Below, piece after piece: positions 62,820 to 64,000 of a stretch of 64,000 nt of DNA. Within the stretch, counting starts at the first letter, position 1. Each line of letters opens with the position of its first letter. The stretch spans positions 72,610,674-72,674,673 of the forward strand of contig NC_057718.1 in assembly GCF_004010195.1 (NCBI RefSeq), written 5' to 3'. The position numbers and the translations under genes are program-made. A model generated the notes under the pieces. The model was not told where the DNA came from and made no database searches. It saw only the letters and a program-made list of their open reading frames with translations. The stretch is from Chiloscyllium plagiosum. Its lineage: Eukaryota.

Positions 62820-64000
62820 TCAAGGGAGCTAGGCAGCAGATTAAAAAGTAGGACTTCAATGGTCATAATCACTGGACTATTTCTGGTACAAAGTGGTCAG
62901 AGTTTAGAAATAGGAAACCAGGACAGATGAATGCATGGCTCAAAGGTTTGTGCAAGGGAAAAGGTTTTAGATTCCTGGATTAATGGAACCATTTTTGAGG
63001 AAGGTGGAGCATAAACAAAGAGGACTCTGCACCTGAACCACATTGGGACCAACATCCGTGCAGCTAGGTTTGCTCGTGCTGCTGAGTTTAAATTATTCTG
63101 ACAGAATATTGATGAAACAGAGTCACATCATGCTACAGCAAAGGATGCGAGTAACAGTGAGCTCAGCTGTGTTGGTTGTCAAGGGGGTACAGAAGGCTGG
63201 ATAGTCTTTAAGGCTTGGAGTGTAATAGGTAAGACTATTTAGTTAATGGCATGGCTTCACACATGGAAATAGGATATTGTAGCCATCACAGAAACATGGT
63301 TGAGGGAAGGGCTGAACTGGCAATTCAACATTTCGGGGCATAAGAATGTTTAGGAAAGACACAGTAGAGTATAGGAAGGGTGGTTACGTAGCACTATTAA
63401 TTAATGAGTTAATTACTGCAATAAGGAAAGATGATATCTTGGAAGGGTCCCCAAATGAGGCTTTGTGGTTAGGAATGTTAAGGGGGCAGCTACTTTACTG
63501 GGAACGTAATATAGGGCCTCAGAGTCAGTGGGAAGTAGAGGACCAAACATGTAGATAGTTCACAGAGGTCTGTCAGAGTAATGATCAGATTATAGTTCTA
63601 GGCGATTTCAAATTTCCCAACATAAATCAGGATAGTCATAGTGTTAAGGGTCTAAAGGAAGCAGATTTCTTGAAATGTACCCAACAGAGTTTTTCATTTC
63701 AATACACAGAAGGCCTAATAAGGAACGGCAAAGTTTTCGATCTGGTTCTCGGGAAGGAAGCCAGACAAATGTGTGATAGTGGGGGAACATTTAGGCGATA
63801 AACACCGCAACATGATACCGTTCTAATTTGTTCTGATGGCCTGCAAAGACGTCTTTGGATTTGGGGAAGGCAGATTTTATTAAAATGAAGCAGAATCTGG
63901 CCACAGTAGACTGGGAACAGCTCCTTTGGATAAGTCTATACCGGAACAATCAGGGAGCATTTAAAAAGGAGCTTGGGAAAAGTACAGATCCAACCTTTAG
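62820..64000 (+). mobile_element. Old CR1 ORF1 end and APE endonuclease region
   Basis: MNAWLKGLCKGKGFRFLD, DIVAITETWL and IVLGDFKFPNI motifs. Confidence 0.78.

Noticed and set aside
54642..64000. Additional upstream DOP1A exon
   Set aside because: No segment with Dopey-like peptide and splice sites was found by eye. The preceding exon probably lies beyond the window, though a small exon could have been missed.

Overview
This is eukaryotic, vertebrate genomic DNA, most likely from a shark or other elasmobranch. The evidence is many copies of an HE1-type V-SINE together with abundant CR1 LINEs. The window lies entirely inside one minus-strand gene, DOP1A (DOPEY1). Six internal coding exons can be read with canonical GT-AG junctions and consistent phases: 54641-54367, 47227-47075, 33959-33859, 24000-23741, 23034-21003 and 5911-5800. 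The introns are filled with nested transposon fossils: CR1, CR1/L2-like, Rex1-like, Tx1-like, Penelope, Ty3/Gypsy, pogo/Tigger-like, HE1 V-SINEs, a Deu-SINE-like relic and tRNA-derived repeat clusters. The most interesting signal is a dispersed family of ~110-170 bp Penelope-terminal-repeat mini-elements carrying a minimal hammerhead-ribozyme core (CUGANGA-A-stem II-GAAAC-GUH). Two copies have an intact core and 15-17 bp target-site duplications. Also notable are a 29-bp perfect intronic hairpin and a pogo-like transposon whose candidate TIRs lie ~5.7 kb apart because of later insertions. Nearly all short ORFs in the supplied track are repeat-derived or spurious. Repeat boundaries are approximate, and all family assignments come from recalled motifs rather than database searches.
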